Position numbers and translations under genes: made by a program. 64,000 bases of DNA. Origin: Candidatus Moranbacteria bacterium GW2011_GWE2_35_2- (GTDB lineage Bacteria > Patescibacteriota > Minisyncoccia > Moranbacterales > UBA9337). Under the pieces are notes generated by a model. That model made no database searches, was not told where the DNA came from, and worked only from the letters and a program-made list of their open reading frames with translations. Of the stretch, positions 31,776-43,976 are shown piece by piece. The first letter of the stretch is position 1, and the number at the start of each line of letters is the position of its first letter. Where the stretch lies: NCBI GenBank assembly GCA_000990585.1, contig LBQD01000004.1, positions 41,707 to 105,706 on the forward strand, written 5' to 3'.

Positions 31776-31860
31776 TTTTTGGCGATGATCACAAACAGCG
31801 AACAGGTTATGTTCGCTGAAATGCGATTGTGGCATTAACAAATTTTTATTTTTTAAGCAT

Positions 31861-32355
31861 ATGGAATTATTGTCAAATTTGGGAATAAATTCAAAATTGG
31901 TTTTGGCGCAAATAATCAATTTTTTTGTTTTATTATATATTTTGAAAAAGTTTGTCTATAAGCCGATTCTAAAAATTTTAGAGGAAAGAAGCGATAAAAT
32001 AGAAAAAGGATTGAAAGATGCTGAAGAATCTTCTAAAAAATTGAAAGAAATCGAAGAAAAAGAAAAAAAAGTTCTTACTATTGCAAAAAAAGAAGCACAA
32101 GGAATAATTGCTTCCGCTGAGCAATCCGCCAAGGCGGTCAAAAAGGAAATAGAAGATGATGCAAAAAATAGGGTTGAAAAAATATTACAAGACGCGAATA
32201 AGAAATTAGAAGAAGAAAGGATGAAAATGATTTCAGAGGTGAAGACGGAGATGGCAAATCTGGTTGTATTGGCGACAGAAAAAATAATTAATGAAAAACT
32301 TTCTGAGGAAAAGGATAAAAAATTGGTTGAAAAAATAATTGATGAATTGGGTTAA
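31861..32355 (+). CDS. atpF: ATP synthase Fo subunit b
   Basis: Q.INF, KPI...L.ER and long coiled coil. Confidence 0.93.
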   Translation: MELLSNLGINSKLVLAQIINFFVLLYILKKFVYKPILKILEERSDKIEKGLKDAEESSKKLKEIEEKEKKVLTIAKKEAQGIIASAEQSAKAVKKEIEDDAKNRVEKILQDANKKLEEERMKMISEVKTEMANLVVLATEKIINEKLSEEKDKKLVEKIIDELG

Positions 32356-32366
32356 TTCGGAAATTT

Positions 32367-32768
32367 ATGAAAGTAAACATAAGACAATATGCTAGGGCAT
32401 TATATGAATTGACTGCCGGAAAATCGGAGCAAGAAATTGATAGTGCTGTTGTTGGTTTTGTAAAAATTTTGACAAAAAACAGGCAAGCAGGTCAAGCGAG
32501 TAAGATTATTAAAAAATTTAATGATATTTATAATAAAGAAAATGGCGTTATTGAAGCGGAAATAGAGATGAAATATAAAATGCAAGATGCGCAAAAAAAG
32601 CAGGTTGAGGAATTTATTGAAAAAAAATATAATGCAAAAGAAATTATTTTAAGGAGTGTTGTTAGTGAGAAGGTTGGCAGTGGAATGATTTTGAGGATTG
32701 GAGATGAAATTATGGATGGAAGTACAAAAAGGCAATTGCAAGAGTTGAGAAATAATCTAATTGTATAA
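32367..32768 (+). CDS. atpH: ATP synthase subunit delta, short form
   Basis: YARALY and G.I..IGD..MDGS motifs; operon position. Confidence 0.85.
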   Translation: MKVNIRQYARALYELTAGKSEQEIDSAVVGFVKILTKNRQAGQASKIIKKFNDIYNKENGVIEAEIEMKYKMQDAQKKQVEEFIEKKYNAKEIILRSVVSEKVGSGMILRIGDEIMDGSTKRQLQELRNNLIV

Positions 32769-32828
32769 AAATTTATAAAAAGTCAAAAAATAGAAATTAA
32801 TCGGATATAAAAAATTTATCTAAAAATT

Positions 32829-34355
32829 ATGGAAAAATCTAACGAAACAAGTAAAGATTATATTATTAATCAGCTGAAAAAACAAATTGAAAATTTCGAG
32901 ACCGGAGTACGTTCCGAGAAAGTCGGAAAGGTCATTGAAATTGGAGACGGAGTTGCTCGCGTTTCCGGACTTGGAGATGTTATGGCATCGGAAATGGTGG
33001 AATTTCCAGGCGGAGTTATCGGTGTGGCGCTCAATTTGGAAGAAGATCAAGTTGGCGCGATGATTTTGGGCGAATACAAAGGAATTAAGGAAGGAGACGA
33101 AGTTAGATCTACGGGAAAAATTCTTTCTGTTCCAGTAGGAGAAATGATGATTGGAAGAGTAGTTAATCCTTTAGGTGAAGCAATTGACGGTAAAGGTGAA
33201 ATAAAGTCAGAAACTTTTTATCCGGTGGAAAAGGTGGCTCCCGGAGTTATTACTCGTAAATCAGTGAGCGTACCTGTGCAGACGGGAATTAAAGCGATTG
33301 ATGCAGTTATCCCGGTAGGGCGTGGTCAGCGTGAACTTATCATTGGAGACAGACAAACCGGAAAAACGGCTATAGCAATTGATACAATTATCAATCAGAA
33401 GGGGCAAGATTTGATTTGTATTTATGTAGCAATTGGACAAAAGGAATCTAAAATTGCCAGAATAGTAGCTGAATTGGAAAAACGTGGGGCAATGGAACAT
33501 ACAATTATGGTAGTGGCGGGAGCATCTGATCCGGCAGCTTTGTCATTTATTTCTCCGTATTCCGGGTGTGCAATGGGAGAATATTTTTTAGATAAAGGAA
33601 AAGATGTTTTGATAATTTATGATGATTTGAGTAAACATGCTTGGGCATATCGACAAATTTCTTTGATTCTTCGCCGTCCGCCGGGACGTGAAGCATATCC
33701 GGGAGATATTTTTTATTTGCATTCTCGACTTTTGGAAAGATCAGCTCGTCTTAATGAAAATTTTGGCGGAGGTTCAATTACGGCTTTGCCGATTATTGAA
33801 ACGCAAGCCGGAGATGTGTCTGCCTATATTCCGACTAATGTTATTTCTATTACTGACGGACAGATTTATTTAGAGACGGATCTTTTCTATAAAGGTATTC
33901 GACCAGCTTTAAATGTTGGTCTTTCTGTTTCTCGTGTGGGATCGGCGGCACAAACCAAGGTAATGAAAAAGGTGGCCGGAAAATTGCGTCTTGATTTGGC
34001 GCAGTTTCGTGAATTGGAAGCTTTTGCTCAGTTTGGCAGTGATTTGGATGAAAATACAAAAAAACAAATTGAACGCGGAAGAAGGACTGTGGAAATTCTA
34101 AAGCAGGATCAATATGAACCGATGGCAATGCCAAATCAAGTGGCGATTTTGTATGCTTTGACTAACGGGTTTTTGGATGATGTGGAAGTGGAAAAAATAA
34201 AAGCATGGGAAAATGATTTTCATAAATATCTGAAAACATCAAATAAGGAAATCTTAAATTCGATTGCAGAAAAGAAAGAATTGTCAGATGAGATTGTAGT
34301 TGCTTTAGAAAAAGCGATCAATGAATTTAAAGAAGTTTATCAAAATGGAAATTAG
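32829..34355 (+). CDS. atpA: ATP synthase F1 subunit alpha
   Basis: GDRQTGKT and [10 protein letters not shown] motifs. Confidence 0.98.
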   Translation: MEKSNETSKDYIINQLKKQIENFETGVRSEKVGKVIEIGDGVARVSGLGDVMASEMVEFPGGVIGVALNLEEDQVGAMILGEYKGIKEGDEVRSTGKILSVPVGEMMIGRVVNPLGEAIDGKGEIKSETFYPVEKVAPGVITRKSVSVPVQTGIKAIDAVIPVGRGQRELIIGDRQTGKTAIAIDTIINQKGQDLICIYVAIGQKESKIARIVAELEKRGAMEHTIMVVAGASDPAALSFISPYSGCAMGEYFLDKGKDVLIIYDDLSKHAWAYRQISLILRRPPGREAYPGDIFYLHSRLLERSARLNENFGGGSITALPIIETQAGDVSAYIPTNVISITDGQIYLETDLFYKGIRPALNVGLSVSRVGSAAQTKVMKKVAGKLRLDLAQFRELEAFAQFGSDLDENTKKQIERGRRTVEILKQDQYEPMAMPNQVAILYALTNGFLDDVEVEKIKAWENDFHKYLKTSNKEILNSIAEKKELSDEIVVALEKAINEFKEVYQNGN

Positions 34356-34492
34356 AATTAATTTCTAATTTTCAATTTTTAATTTCTAAATAATTTTTAA
34401 TGACCAAATTACTAAATTTTTAAACATTTCAAAATTGATAAATTGAAAATTGTTTAGAAATTTAAAATTGTGAATTGAAAATTTTGTGGATT

Positions 34493-35443
34493 ATGGCAAG
34501 TACAAGAGATATTAGGCGGCGTATAAAATCAGTGGGAAATACCCAAAAAATCACTCGAGCGATGGAGATGGTGAGTGCTGCCAAAATGAGAAAATCAGTA
34601 GCGAGTGTTTTGGCGATTCGCCCCTATGCGCATGCCGCTTGGAGCGTTCTTACTAATTTGTCGCGGGCTTTTTCGGAATATCGAACGGGGCTTTTGGAAG
34701 TGCGTGAAGTGAAGCGCGTACTGGCGGTTGCGATAACATCCAATAAGGGATTGTGTGGAGCATTCAATGCGCAGATTGCCAAAAAAATCAGAGAGGAAAT
34801 TTTCAGTCCGGAAAAACTTAGTATAAATAGGATCGGAAATAAGAAGATAATTTCCGATTTAAAAGATATTGAAATTGATTTCATTACAATTGGAAAAAAA
34901 GGAGAAAACGTAGTGCGCAAAGCTGGAAAAAATATTATTGCGTCTTTTAATGATTTGGCATATTTGCCTCAAATTGAAGATGTGCGAAGCATAAGTAAAC
35001 TCGTGATGGATGATTATCTGGAAAAGAAATATGATAAAGTCGTGGTTTTTTATACAGATTATGTTTCTGCTATGAGTCAACAGACAAAAGTAAGACAGCT
35101 TTTGCCGATTTCTAAAATAGATTTGGAAAAGCAGATTGCCGAGATGGATGTTTTAGCAAAAGAATATGGATTAAATGAACCGATAAGAGAATATAAAGTT
35201 GAACCGTCCCCGGAAACTGTTTTGGAATATATTTTTCCACGTTTGATTGAAATGCAAATTTACCATGCTATTTTGGAATCCAATGCTTCCAAAGAATCAG
35301 CGCGAATGATGGCGATGCGCGGAGCGACAGAGGCAGCTGGTGAAATGAAAGAAGATTTGACATTTGCATATAACCAAATCAGGCAGATGAAAATTACCCA
35401 AGAAATCGCAGAGATTTCAGCCGGACGGGCAGCATTGGAATAG
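34493..35443 (+). CDS. atpG: ATP synthase F1 subunit gamma
   Basis: KITRAMEMV, GLCG and ITQEIAEI motifs. Confidence 0.96.
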   Translation: MASTRDIRRRIKSVGNTQKITRAMEMVSAAKMRKSVASVLAIRPYAHAAWSVLTNLSRAFSEYRTGLLEVREVKRVLAVAITSNKGLCGAFNAQIAKKIREEIFSPEKLSINRIGNKKIISDLKDIEIDFITIGKKGENVVRKAGKNIIASFNDLAYLPQIEDVRSISKLVMDDYLEKKYDKVVVFYTDYVSAMSQQTKVRQLLPISKIDLEKQIAEMDVLAKEYGLNEPIREYKVEPSPETVLEYIFPRLIEMQIYHAILESNASKESARMMAMRGATEAAGEMKEDLTFAYNQIRQMKITQEIAEISAGRAALE

Positions 35444-35504
35444 ATTTAAAATGTAAAATGCAAATTTCAAAATGACAAATCAAAGTTTATAAATTATTTA
35501 ATGA

Positions 35505-36905
<1,401 letters not shown>

Positions 36906-36911
36906 GAATTT

Positions 36912-37352
36912 ATGTCGGAAAAAAATATTAAATTAAAAATAATCACTCCGGAAAAGACTGTTTATGAGGGAAAAGTTTCACAAGCAACTCTTCCGGTTAC
37001 GGATGGAGAGGTTACTATTTTGCCAAATCATCGTTCATATATCGCTTCGCTAAAAGCAGGGGAAATTTATTTGAAAGTTTTAAACGAAGATGTATATATG
37101 GCGGTTTCCGGTGGATTTATTGAATTTGATCAAGATAAATTAACCGTTCTTGCTGATACCGCGGAACGGGCGGAAGAAATTGATATTAAAAGAGCAGAAG
37201 AGGCGCGAAAAAGAGCGGAAGAATTGAAAAAAGAAAAAATAGAAATGGATGACGCCGAGTATGCGCGGGTGGCGGCGGCAGTCGAAAAGGAATTAGCGAG
37301 AATAAAAGTTGGAAGAAAGCATCGCACGCGCCATGGAATGAAACTGGATTAA
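36912..37352 (+). CDS. atpC: ATP synthase F1 subunit epsilon
   Basis: IITPE, ILPNH and VSGGF motifs. Confidence 0.94.
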   Translation: MSEKNIKLKIITPEKTVYEGKVSQATLPVTDGEVTILPNHRSYIASLKAGEIYLKVLNEDVYMAVSGGFIEFDQDKLTVLADTAERAEEIDIKRAEEARKRAEELKKEKIEMDDAEYARVAAAVEKELARIKVGRKHRTRHGMKLD

Positions 37353-37384
37353 GTTATTGTGCATAAATAATGACAGTTTTTTCA

Positions 37385-37411
37385 AATTCGTCTTTTAGGC
37401 GGATTTTTTTT
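37385..37411 (+). terminator. Intrinsic terminator after the atp operon
   Basis: AATTCGTCT/AGGCGGATT stem plus T tract. Confidence 0.6.
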
Positions 37412-37457
37412 ATGCTATAATTTGTATATAGATAGAATAATTTAAAAAAATAAAAAT

Positions 37458-38399
37458 ATGAACGAGCAAATTAAAAAATGGATAAAAATAGGCGGAATTG
37501 TTTTTTTGGCGGTTTTTATTATTGGACTTTGGAATATTATCGTCGGAACGGAAAAATCAAAAATAAACGATTTGTCTGTAGATTATTCCGAGGAAGGAAA
37601 TATTGGCGTCGGTCGGATGGGAGGGATGAATTTGAGCACGCAAAGTGCAAAAGAAACGGCGGTTGCTCCTATGGATGTATCTGAGAATATGACGGAAAAT
37701 CAGGGAATTTCTCAAGATAAAAGAGTTATCAAGGACGGAACTCTTTCGCTTAAGGTAAAAAGAACAGAAGAAGCTGTTTCGGAAATTGCTGAAATCGTCA
37801 AAAGGAAAGGCGGAGAAATTTTTTCCACTAATTTGAATGAATTTTCTAAGGGTCAAAAAAGCGGAATGGTAGTCGTGAAGGTTCCGGTACGCGAATTTGA
37901 AATAGCGATTTCGGAAATAAAAAAAGTGGCAACGCAGGTGGTGAATGAATATACCAGCGGACAAGATGTGACGGAGCAATATGTCGATTTGCAAGCACAG
38001 CTCAAGAACAAACAAGCGGAAGAACAAACTTTTGTCGGGCTTTTGGATCGCAGTGGAAAATTGGATGATGTTTTGGCGGTGACGCGGGAAATTTCCCGAG
38101 TGCGAGGAGAGATCGAAAGATTGCAAGGAAAAATTCGCTATTTGGAATCGCAAACGGATATGGCGACTATTGCAATTTCACTCAGTGAAGATGTGGAAGT
38201 GGCGCCAGTTGGCAGTGGATGGCGTCCGGGGCAAGTATTCAAGCAGGCGGTTTCCGATTTGGTAAAAAGCGCGCAAGGTTTTGTGGATAACTTGATTCGA
38301 TTTTTAATTATCGGATTACCTTCAATTGTTGTATTTTTGATTATTTTTTGGATTGCTTGGCTGGTAATTAAGAAAATTACCACAAGGCTTAAGGGATAA
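37458..38399 (+). CDS. DUF4349 domain membrane protein
   Basis: VKVP, DVTEQYVD and EIE.L.G motifs; N- and C-terminal TM helices. Confidence 0.82.
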   Translation: MNEQIKKWIKIGGIVFLAVFIIGLWNIIVGTEKSKINDLSVDYSEEGNIGVGRMGGMNLSTQSAKETAVAPMDVSENMTENQGISQDKRVIKDGTLSLKVKRTEEAVSEIAEIVKRKGGEIFSTNLNEFSKGQKSGMVVVKVPVREFEIAISEIKKVATQVVNEYTSGQDVTEQYVDLQAQLKNKQAEEQTFVGLLDRSGKLDDVLAVTREISRVRGEIERLQGKIRYLESQTDMATIAISLSEDVEVAPVGSGWRPGQVFKQAVSDLVKSAQGFVDNLIRFLIIGLPSIVVFLIIFWIAWLVIKKITTRLKG

Positions 38400-38457
38400 A
38401 ATTATATTTCAGAAGAAAATAATAGTTCTAATTCGATTATGAAACAGTAGTGGATAA

Positions 38458-38491
38458 AAAACAAAAATCCCCCGAGGGGGATTTTTGTTTT
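38458..38491. terminator. Bidirectional-type terminator hairpin
   Basis: AAAACAAAAATCCCC/GGGGATTTTTGTTTT inverted repeat. Confidence 0.75.
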
Positions 38492-38662
38492 CAAATTTCA
38501 GCGTTGTGAATTTTGAATTAAACCGCGTTGCGCAACAAATTTTATTGTATTATTTTTCCCTTACAGCGTCAATGACGAAATGTGAATTATAATATGAATA
38601 GGTTGAAAAAAAAGGAGAAATGGGATAGGATGGGGATATTAAATGCTTAAAAAAGAAACTTT

Positions 38663-41341
38663 ATGGAAAAATATAATCCGCAGGAAATTGAGAAAAAATG
38701 GCAGAAGATTTGGGAAAAAAATAAAGCTTCTAAAATGGATAAGGATAATTTGAAAAAGAAGTTTTATGTTTTAGATATGTTTCCGTATCCTTCGGGAACG
38801 GGACTGCATATGGGGCATACGGAAAGTTATACCGCCAGCGATGTTTTTTACCGCTTCAAGAAAATGCAAGGTTTCAATGTTCTTCATCCGCAAGGATTTG
38901 ATTCCTTCGGACTTCCGGCGGAAAATTTCGCCATCAAGACCGGAATCCACCCATCCGAAACAACTAAGAAGAATATGGAAAACTATATCCGGCAGATGAA
39001 GTCGCTGGGTTTTGCGTATGATTTTGACGAACAGGCGGTTACTTCTGATCCGGGTTATTACAAGTGGACGCAGTGGATTTTCGGGAAATTTTTCGAAAAC
39101 GGATTGGTGTATAAAAAAACAACCAAAACGAACTGGTGCCGATCTTGCCAGACGGTGATTGCCAACGAGCAAGTAGCGGAAGGCAAATGCGAGCGTTGCG
39201 GAACCGATATCGAACTCAAGGAAGTGCCGAGTTGGTTTTTCAAAATCACCGATTTTGCCGAAGAACTTATCAATGATTTGGACAAAGTTGATTGGCCGGA
39301 ACATACGAAGAAGAATCAGAGAAATTGGATCGGGAAATCGGAGGGAGCGACCGTTTCATTTGAAATTAAAATTTCAAATGAAAACGGAATTTCCAATGAT
39401 AAATTTCCAATTTCCAATCAATTTTCAAATTCAAATAATCAAATTCCAAAACAAACCATAGAAGTTTTTACTACCAGAGTAGACACGATTTTCGGTTGCA
39501 CCTATTTGGTGGTGGCGCCGGAACATCCCTTGATTAAGAATCAAGAATTGGGAATCAAGAATCAAGATGAGATAGGGGAGTATGTTAAAAAAGCGAAAAA
39601 CAAGACCGAGCTGGATCGGATGGAGGCCAAGGACAAGACTGGAGTGGAAATCAAAGGAATCAAGGCGGTTAATCCTTTCAATGGCGAGCAAGTTCCGGTT
39701 TTTGTCGCCGATTATGTTTTGGGCGGTTATGGAACCGGAGCGGTAATGGCAGTACCGGCGCATGATGAGAGAGACTGGGAATTTGCCAAAAAATATGAAT
39801 TGCCAATCAGGTATGTAATTGCTCCTCTCTGTGGAAGCTACCAACGACCATCAATGAATGATTATAAAACATATGAAACATTAGAGGGATTAAAAAAACA
39901 AATCATAAACGATAAAAATGATGAGGTTGTTAAATCTATTTTAACGGAATGCAAAATTTCTAAGAAGGCTCATATTAATGATGGGATTACAATTTATTCA
40001 GATAAATATTCATTTTTAAATTCAGAACAGGCTCGTCAAAAAATGACGGAGTGGTTGAAAAAAGAAGGTCTTGGAAAAAAGATTGTGAATTACCGTTTGC
40101 GGGATTGGTCGATTTCAAGACAGAGATATTGGGGTTGTCCGATTCCGATTGTGTATTCTCCGAAAGGAGAAGCACGTTTTGTCGGCGAGGAAAATTTGCC
40201 TTGGACGCTTCCGGCGGACGTGGATTTCGTGCCGACCGGAGTAGCGCCGCTGGCAAAATCAGAGGAGCTGAAAAAGCGCGTGGAAAATATTTTTGGAAAA
40301 GGCTGGACTGCCGAATACGACACGATGGATACTTTTGTGGATTCATCCTGGTATTTTTTGCGTTATTCCGATCCGCATGATGATAAAGCTTTTTGTTCCA
40401 AGGAAAGATTGGAATGGTTGCCGGTGGATTTGTATATCGGCGGGGCGGAACACACCTATATGCATCTGCTTTTCGCCAGATTTTTTGTCAAAGCGATGAA
40501 AAAAATCGGATTGCTGGATTTTGACGAACCGTTTTTGAAACTCCGCCATCAAGGAATGGTTTTGGACGCGCAAGGAAAAAAGATGTCAAAATCCAAAGGT
40601 AATGTTGTCAATCCGGATGAAATGATTGAAAAATTCGGAGCGGACAGCGTGAGGACGTATATGCTTTTTGCGGCGCCTTTGGAAGATGAGGTGATGTGGA
40701 ATGAACAGAATATTGTGGGAGTGTATCGTTTTTTTGAGAAGGTTTGGAATTATGTAGAAAGCTGGAATGAATCTTACGAAAAAGATATTGCAGATAATAA
40801 AAATAATATCGAATTTTATAAAAAAAGTGGAGATGATGGTCCGGATTTCAGAACAGCAAGCAGACTTCATAAAACCATTAAGAAAGTTTCGGAAGATATT
40901 GAAAATCTTAAGTTTAATACGGCTGTTTCCCAGTTAATGATTTTTGTTAATTATATCAGAGAAGATAAAGGGATAGGAAAATTTTTAAAAGAATCAATGG
41001 ATGTTCCTATGACAATACCTCAATTGGAAAAACTTATTATTCTTTTATCTCCGTTTGCTCCGCATATTACTGAAGAGCTTTGGGAGAAATTGGGACATAA
41101 AGAATCCATTTTCAATGAAGAATGGCCGGAGTATGACGAAAAATTGATTGCCGATGAGGAAGTTGAAATGGTAGTTCAAGTGAATGGAAAAGTACGCGAT
41201 AAGATAATTGTGAGCGCGGACATCTCCGAAGACGATGCCAAACAAAAAGCGCTTTCAAGTGAAAAAGTGCAAGCGCATCTTTCGGGCGAAGTGAAGAAAA
41301 TTATTTTTGTGAAAGGAAAACTTGTTAATGTTGTCGTATAA
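38663..41341 (+). CDS. leuS: Leucine--tRNA ligase
   Basis: MFPYPSG..LHMGH, GTGAVMAVPAHD.RD, SRQRYWG and KMSKS motifs. Confidence 0.97.
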   Translation: MEKYNPQEIEKKWQKIWEKNKASKMDKDNLKKKFYVLDMFPYPSGTGLHMGHTESYTASDVFYRFKKMQGFNVLHPQGFDSFGLPAENFAIKTGIHPSETTKKNMENYIRQMKSLGFAYDFDEQAVTSDPGYYKWTQWIFGKFFENGLVYKKTTKTNWCRSCQTVIANEQVAEGKCERCGTDIELKEVPSWFFKITDFAEELINDLDKVDWPEHTKKNQRNWIGKSEGATVSFEIKISNENGISNDKFPISNQFSNSNNQIPKQTIEVFTTRVDTIFGCTYLVVAPEHPLIKNQELGIKNQDEIGEYVKKAKNKTELDRMEAKDKTGVEIKGIKAVNPFNGEQVPVFVADYVLGGYGTGAVMAVPAHDERDWEFAKKYELPIRYVIAPLCGSYQRPSMNDYKTYETLEGLKKQIINDKNDEVVKSILTECKISKKAHINDGITIYSDKYSFLNSEQARQKMTEWLKKEGLGKKIVNYRLRDWSISRQRYWGCPIPIVYSPKGEARFVGEENLPWTLPADVDFVPTGVAPLAKSEELKKRVENIFGKGWTAEYDTMDTFVDSSWYFLRYSDPHDDKAFCSKERLEWLPVDLYIGGAEHTYMHLLFARFFVKAMKKIGLLDFDEPFLKLRHQGMVLDAQGKKMSKSKGNVVNPDEMIEKFGADSVRTYMLFAAPLEDEVMWNEQNIVGVYRFFEKVWNYVESWNESYEKDIADNKNNIEFYKKSGDDGPDFRTASRLHKTIKKVSEDIENLKFNTAVSQLMIFVNYIREDKGIGKFLKESMDVPMTIPQLEKLIILLSPFAPHITEELWEKLGHKESIFNEEWPEYDEKLIADEEVEMVVQVNGKVRDKIIVSADISEDDAKQKALSSEKVQAHLSGEVKKIIFVKGKLVNVVV

Positions 41342-41406
41342 AAAAACCACCCATACCGACTATGTTACTGTCGATAGAGGGGTGATGGAAATTTTTTCCT
41401 TGAGGT

Positions 41407-41562
41407 CTAATGTAGACCTAAGGCTTTCCCTGCCGCAATGAATGTCCATGCGACAGAGAAAAAAAGGAGGGCAAGTGGGACGGCAATGTACGCCATCCCA
41501 AAAATTTCTTCGGAAATCTTCCGCGAATTTTCCGCGGAAGAAAAATGATTTTTTTTTCTCAT
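41407..41562 (-). CDS. 51-aa single-TM small protein, not in the ORF track
   Basis: Hand translation MRKKNHFSSAENSRKISEEIFGMAYIAVPLALLFFSVAWTFIAAGKALGLH; AGGAG SD; TTGACT-17-TATAGT promoter (41628-41656). Confidence 0.65.
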   Translation of the reverse strand: MRKKNHFSSAENSRKISEEIFGMAYIAVPLALLFFSVAWTFIAAGKALGLH

Positions 41563-41846
41563 TTTTCTTCTCCTCTTATGTTTACGGGGCTAAATCGCCC
41601 CTTTTTGAGTTTTAAGTACTATATTTAACTATACTCCTTTTTGGAGAAAAAGTCAAGGGCTTGTGGTTGTTTTGGTCCTAGATAAGCCATTTTTTGCTTG
41701 AAAAACTGGAGAAATGCAGACTCTTCCGCCAATTCAGCAAATAGAGTAAAATATAAAATATTGCTATGGGGGTATTTTTTGAGTTTTTAAATAACTTTTT
41801 TACCTTTTAATTCTGGTACGCTTAAAAATTGGCATAATTTTCAAAT

Positions 41847-42881
41847 ATGAAAAAATATAACATTGTCACAATCGGAGGTGGGACAGGAAGCTTTACTTTG
41901 CTTTCCGGACTCAAAAAATATCCGGTGAATATTTCGGCGATTGTTTCGATGGCGGATGACGGCGGATCGACCGGAAGGCTCCGCGATGAGTTGGGAGTGC
42001 TTCCGCCGGGCGATGTCCGCCAATGCTTGGTGGCGCTTTCTGATTCCACACAAGATTTGCGGGATTTGATGAATTATCGTTTTGAAAAAGGAGAGCTTAA
42101 AGGGCATAATTTTGGAAATATTTTTCTGTCTGCTTTGGAAAAAACGCAGGGAGGATTTTTGCGTGGAGTGGAGGAAGTTTCTAAAATTCTCAATGTTCGC
42201 GGAGAAGTAATTCCAGTTTCAAGTCAGGATATGCATTTAAACATTCAACTAAAAAATAAAAAAGTGATTGTCGGAGAGAAACAATTGGATCACAATAATG
42301 ATGTGAGAAATATTGGAATTGAAAAAGTTTATCTTAGACCAAGAGTGAAAGCTAATAAAAAGGCAATTACTGCCATCAAAAATGCAGATATGATCGTGAT
42401 TGGACCCGGGGATCATTATGGATCCATCGTTCCAAATTTGTTGGTTGATGGAGTTTCTGAGGCGATTGCAAAATCGAAGGCCAAAGTTGTGTACAATTGC
42501 AATCTGACAAATAAAAAAGGGCAGACTGATAATTTTGATCTGGATAAATATACTCAAGAAATAAACGGATATATCGGGAAAGAGAGAATTGATTTTGTTC
42601 TTTTTAATGCAAATAATATTCCAAAGAGTCTCGTTGAAAAATATGAGAAAAAAGAAGGAAAAAATTCAATAGTAAGGTTTGATTCCGAGATGAAAAAGAA
42701 CAGAAATTACAAGATTGTGATTGCGAATATGGTTAATAAGGTAAATGCGCCAAAGAAAAAAAATGATTTAATCGCCAATACAAGATCATTTATTCGGCAT
42801 GACAGTGATCGACTGGCGAAAGTTTTAATGATGATTTTGGAAATGGACGAGCGAAATAATTTGGTCAAAGAAATTATTTAG
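41847..42881 (+). CDS. yvcK: YvcK/GlmR (UPF0052) family protein
   Basis: IGGGTG, DDGGSTG.LR, PPGD.R, GH.FGN and RHD motifs. Confidence 0.9.
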   Translation: MKKYNIVTIGGGTGSFTLLSGLKKYPVNISAIVSMADDGGSTGRLRDELGVLPPGDVRQCLVALSDSTQDLRDLMNYRFEKGELKGHNFGNIFLSALEKTQGGFLRGVEEVSKILNVRGEVIPVSSQDMHLNIQLKNKKVIVGEKQLDHNNDVRNIGIEKVYLRPRVKANKKAITAIKNADMIVIGPGDHYGSIVPNLLVDGVSEAIAKSKAKVVYNCNLTNKKGQTDNFDLDKYTQEINGYIGKERIDFVLFNANNIPKSLVEKYEKKEGKNSIVRFDSEMKKNRNYKIVIANMVNKVNAPKKKNDLIANTRSFIRHDSDRLAKVLMMILEMDERNNLVKEII

Positions 42882-42917
42882 TTTGAATAATAAGTGGATA
42901 TTTATTGAGAACATTTT

Positions 42918-43961
42918 ATGGATATTGAAAAATTGGAGAAATATTTGGGGGAAATCGGGGAAAAGAGTTTTCGAATAAAGCAAATTCGCAAAGCTGTTTT
43001 TGTCGATGGAATTTCTTCGTTTGAGGAAATTTCCACTTTGTCCAAGGAGCTTCGGAAAAAATTGGATGAAAATTTCAAAATCCTTTCTTTTTCGGCGGAA
43101 AATATCTTGGAGGCGAAGGATGGGCAGTCTGTCAAAGCGCTCCTTGAACTTTCTGACGGAAATTTTTTGGAAACGGTTTTGATTTCTCCCAAGCCGGGTG
43201 ATTGGTCGGTTTGTGTTTCAACCCAGGTCGGTTGCGCGATGGGGTGCCGGTTTTGCGCGACGGGAAAAATGGGTTTCAAAAGGAATCTGACGGCGGAAGA
43301 AATAACCGACCAGGTTTTGTTTTGGAGGCAGTATCTTAATGGAATTAAAAATTTAAAATTTAAAATTAAAAATTGTGACATTTCCAATGTCGTCTATATG
43401 GGTATGGGAGAGCCGTTTAATAATTGGAAGGAAGTTTCTGAAAGTATCCGAATTTTAACAAACAAGGATTTGTTCGCTTTCGGTTCGCGTTCGATTTCCG
43501 TTTCTACTTCCGGAATCGCGGAGGGGATTGAAAAATTGGCGAGCGAATTTCCGCAAGTGAATCTGGCGATTTCGCTTCATTTTGCTAATGACAAGAAACG
43601 GGATGAGTTTATGCCGGTGAACAAGAAAGACAATTTGGAAAGTTTGAAAATTGCTCTGCAAAAATATTTCCAAAAAACGAAGCGTAAGGTTTTTGTGGAG
43701 TATATTTTACTGGAGGACGCAAATGACACAAAAGAGGACGCGCAAGAATTGGCGCGATATCTCAAATCGATCGGAAACACTCATTTGCTTCATGTGAATC
43801 TGATCGGGTACAATACGACCTCCGGTGATTTCCGATCTTCTTCCGGAAACCGCACGCACAAATTCAAAGAATATCTTTTGCTGGGCGGAATCAACGCAAC
43901 CATCAGAAAAAGCCTCGGAGAAGAAATTAAAGGAGCCTGCGGACAGCTCGCCACGCGTTGA
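42918..43961 (+). CDS. rlmN: Dual-specificity RNA methyltransferase RlmN
   Basis: CAMGCRFC, MGMGEP, SLH and GACGQL motifs. Confidence 0.95.
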   Translation: MDIEKLEKYLGEIGEKSFRIKQIRKAVFVDGISSFEEISTLSKELRKKLDENFKILSFSAENILEAKDGQSVKALLELSDGNFLETVLISPKPGDWSVCVSTQVGCAMGCRFCATGKMGFKRNLTAEEITDQVLFWRQYLNGIKNLKFKIKNCDISNVVYMGMGEPFNNWKEVSESIRILTNKDLFAFGSRSISVSTSGIAEGIEKLASEFPQVNLAISLHFANDKKRDEFMPVNKKDNLESLKIALQKYFQKTKRKVFVEYILLEDANDTKEDAQELARYLKSIGNTHLLHVNLIGYNTTSGDFRSSSGNRTHKFKEYLLLGGINATIRKSLGEEIKGACGQLATR

Positions 43962-43976
43962 TTTTTTTAAATATTT

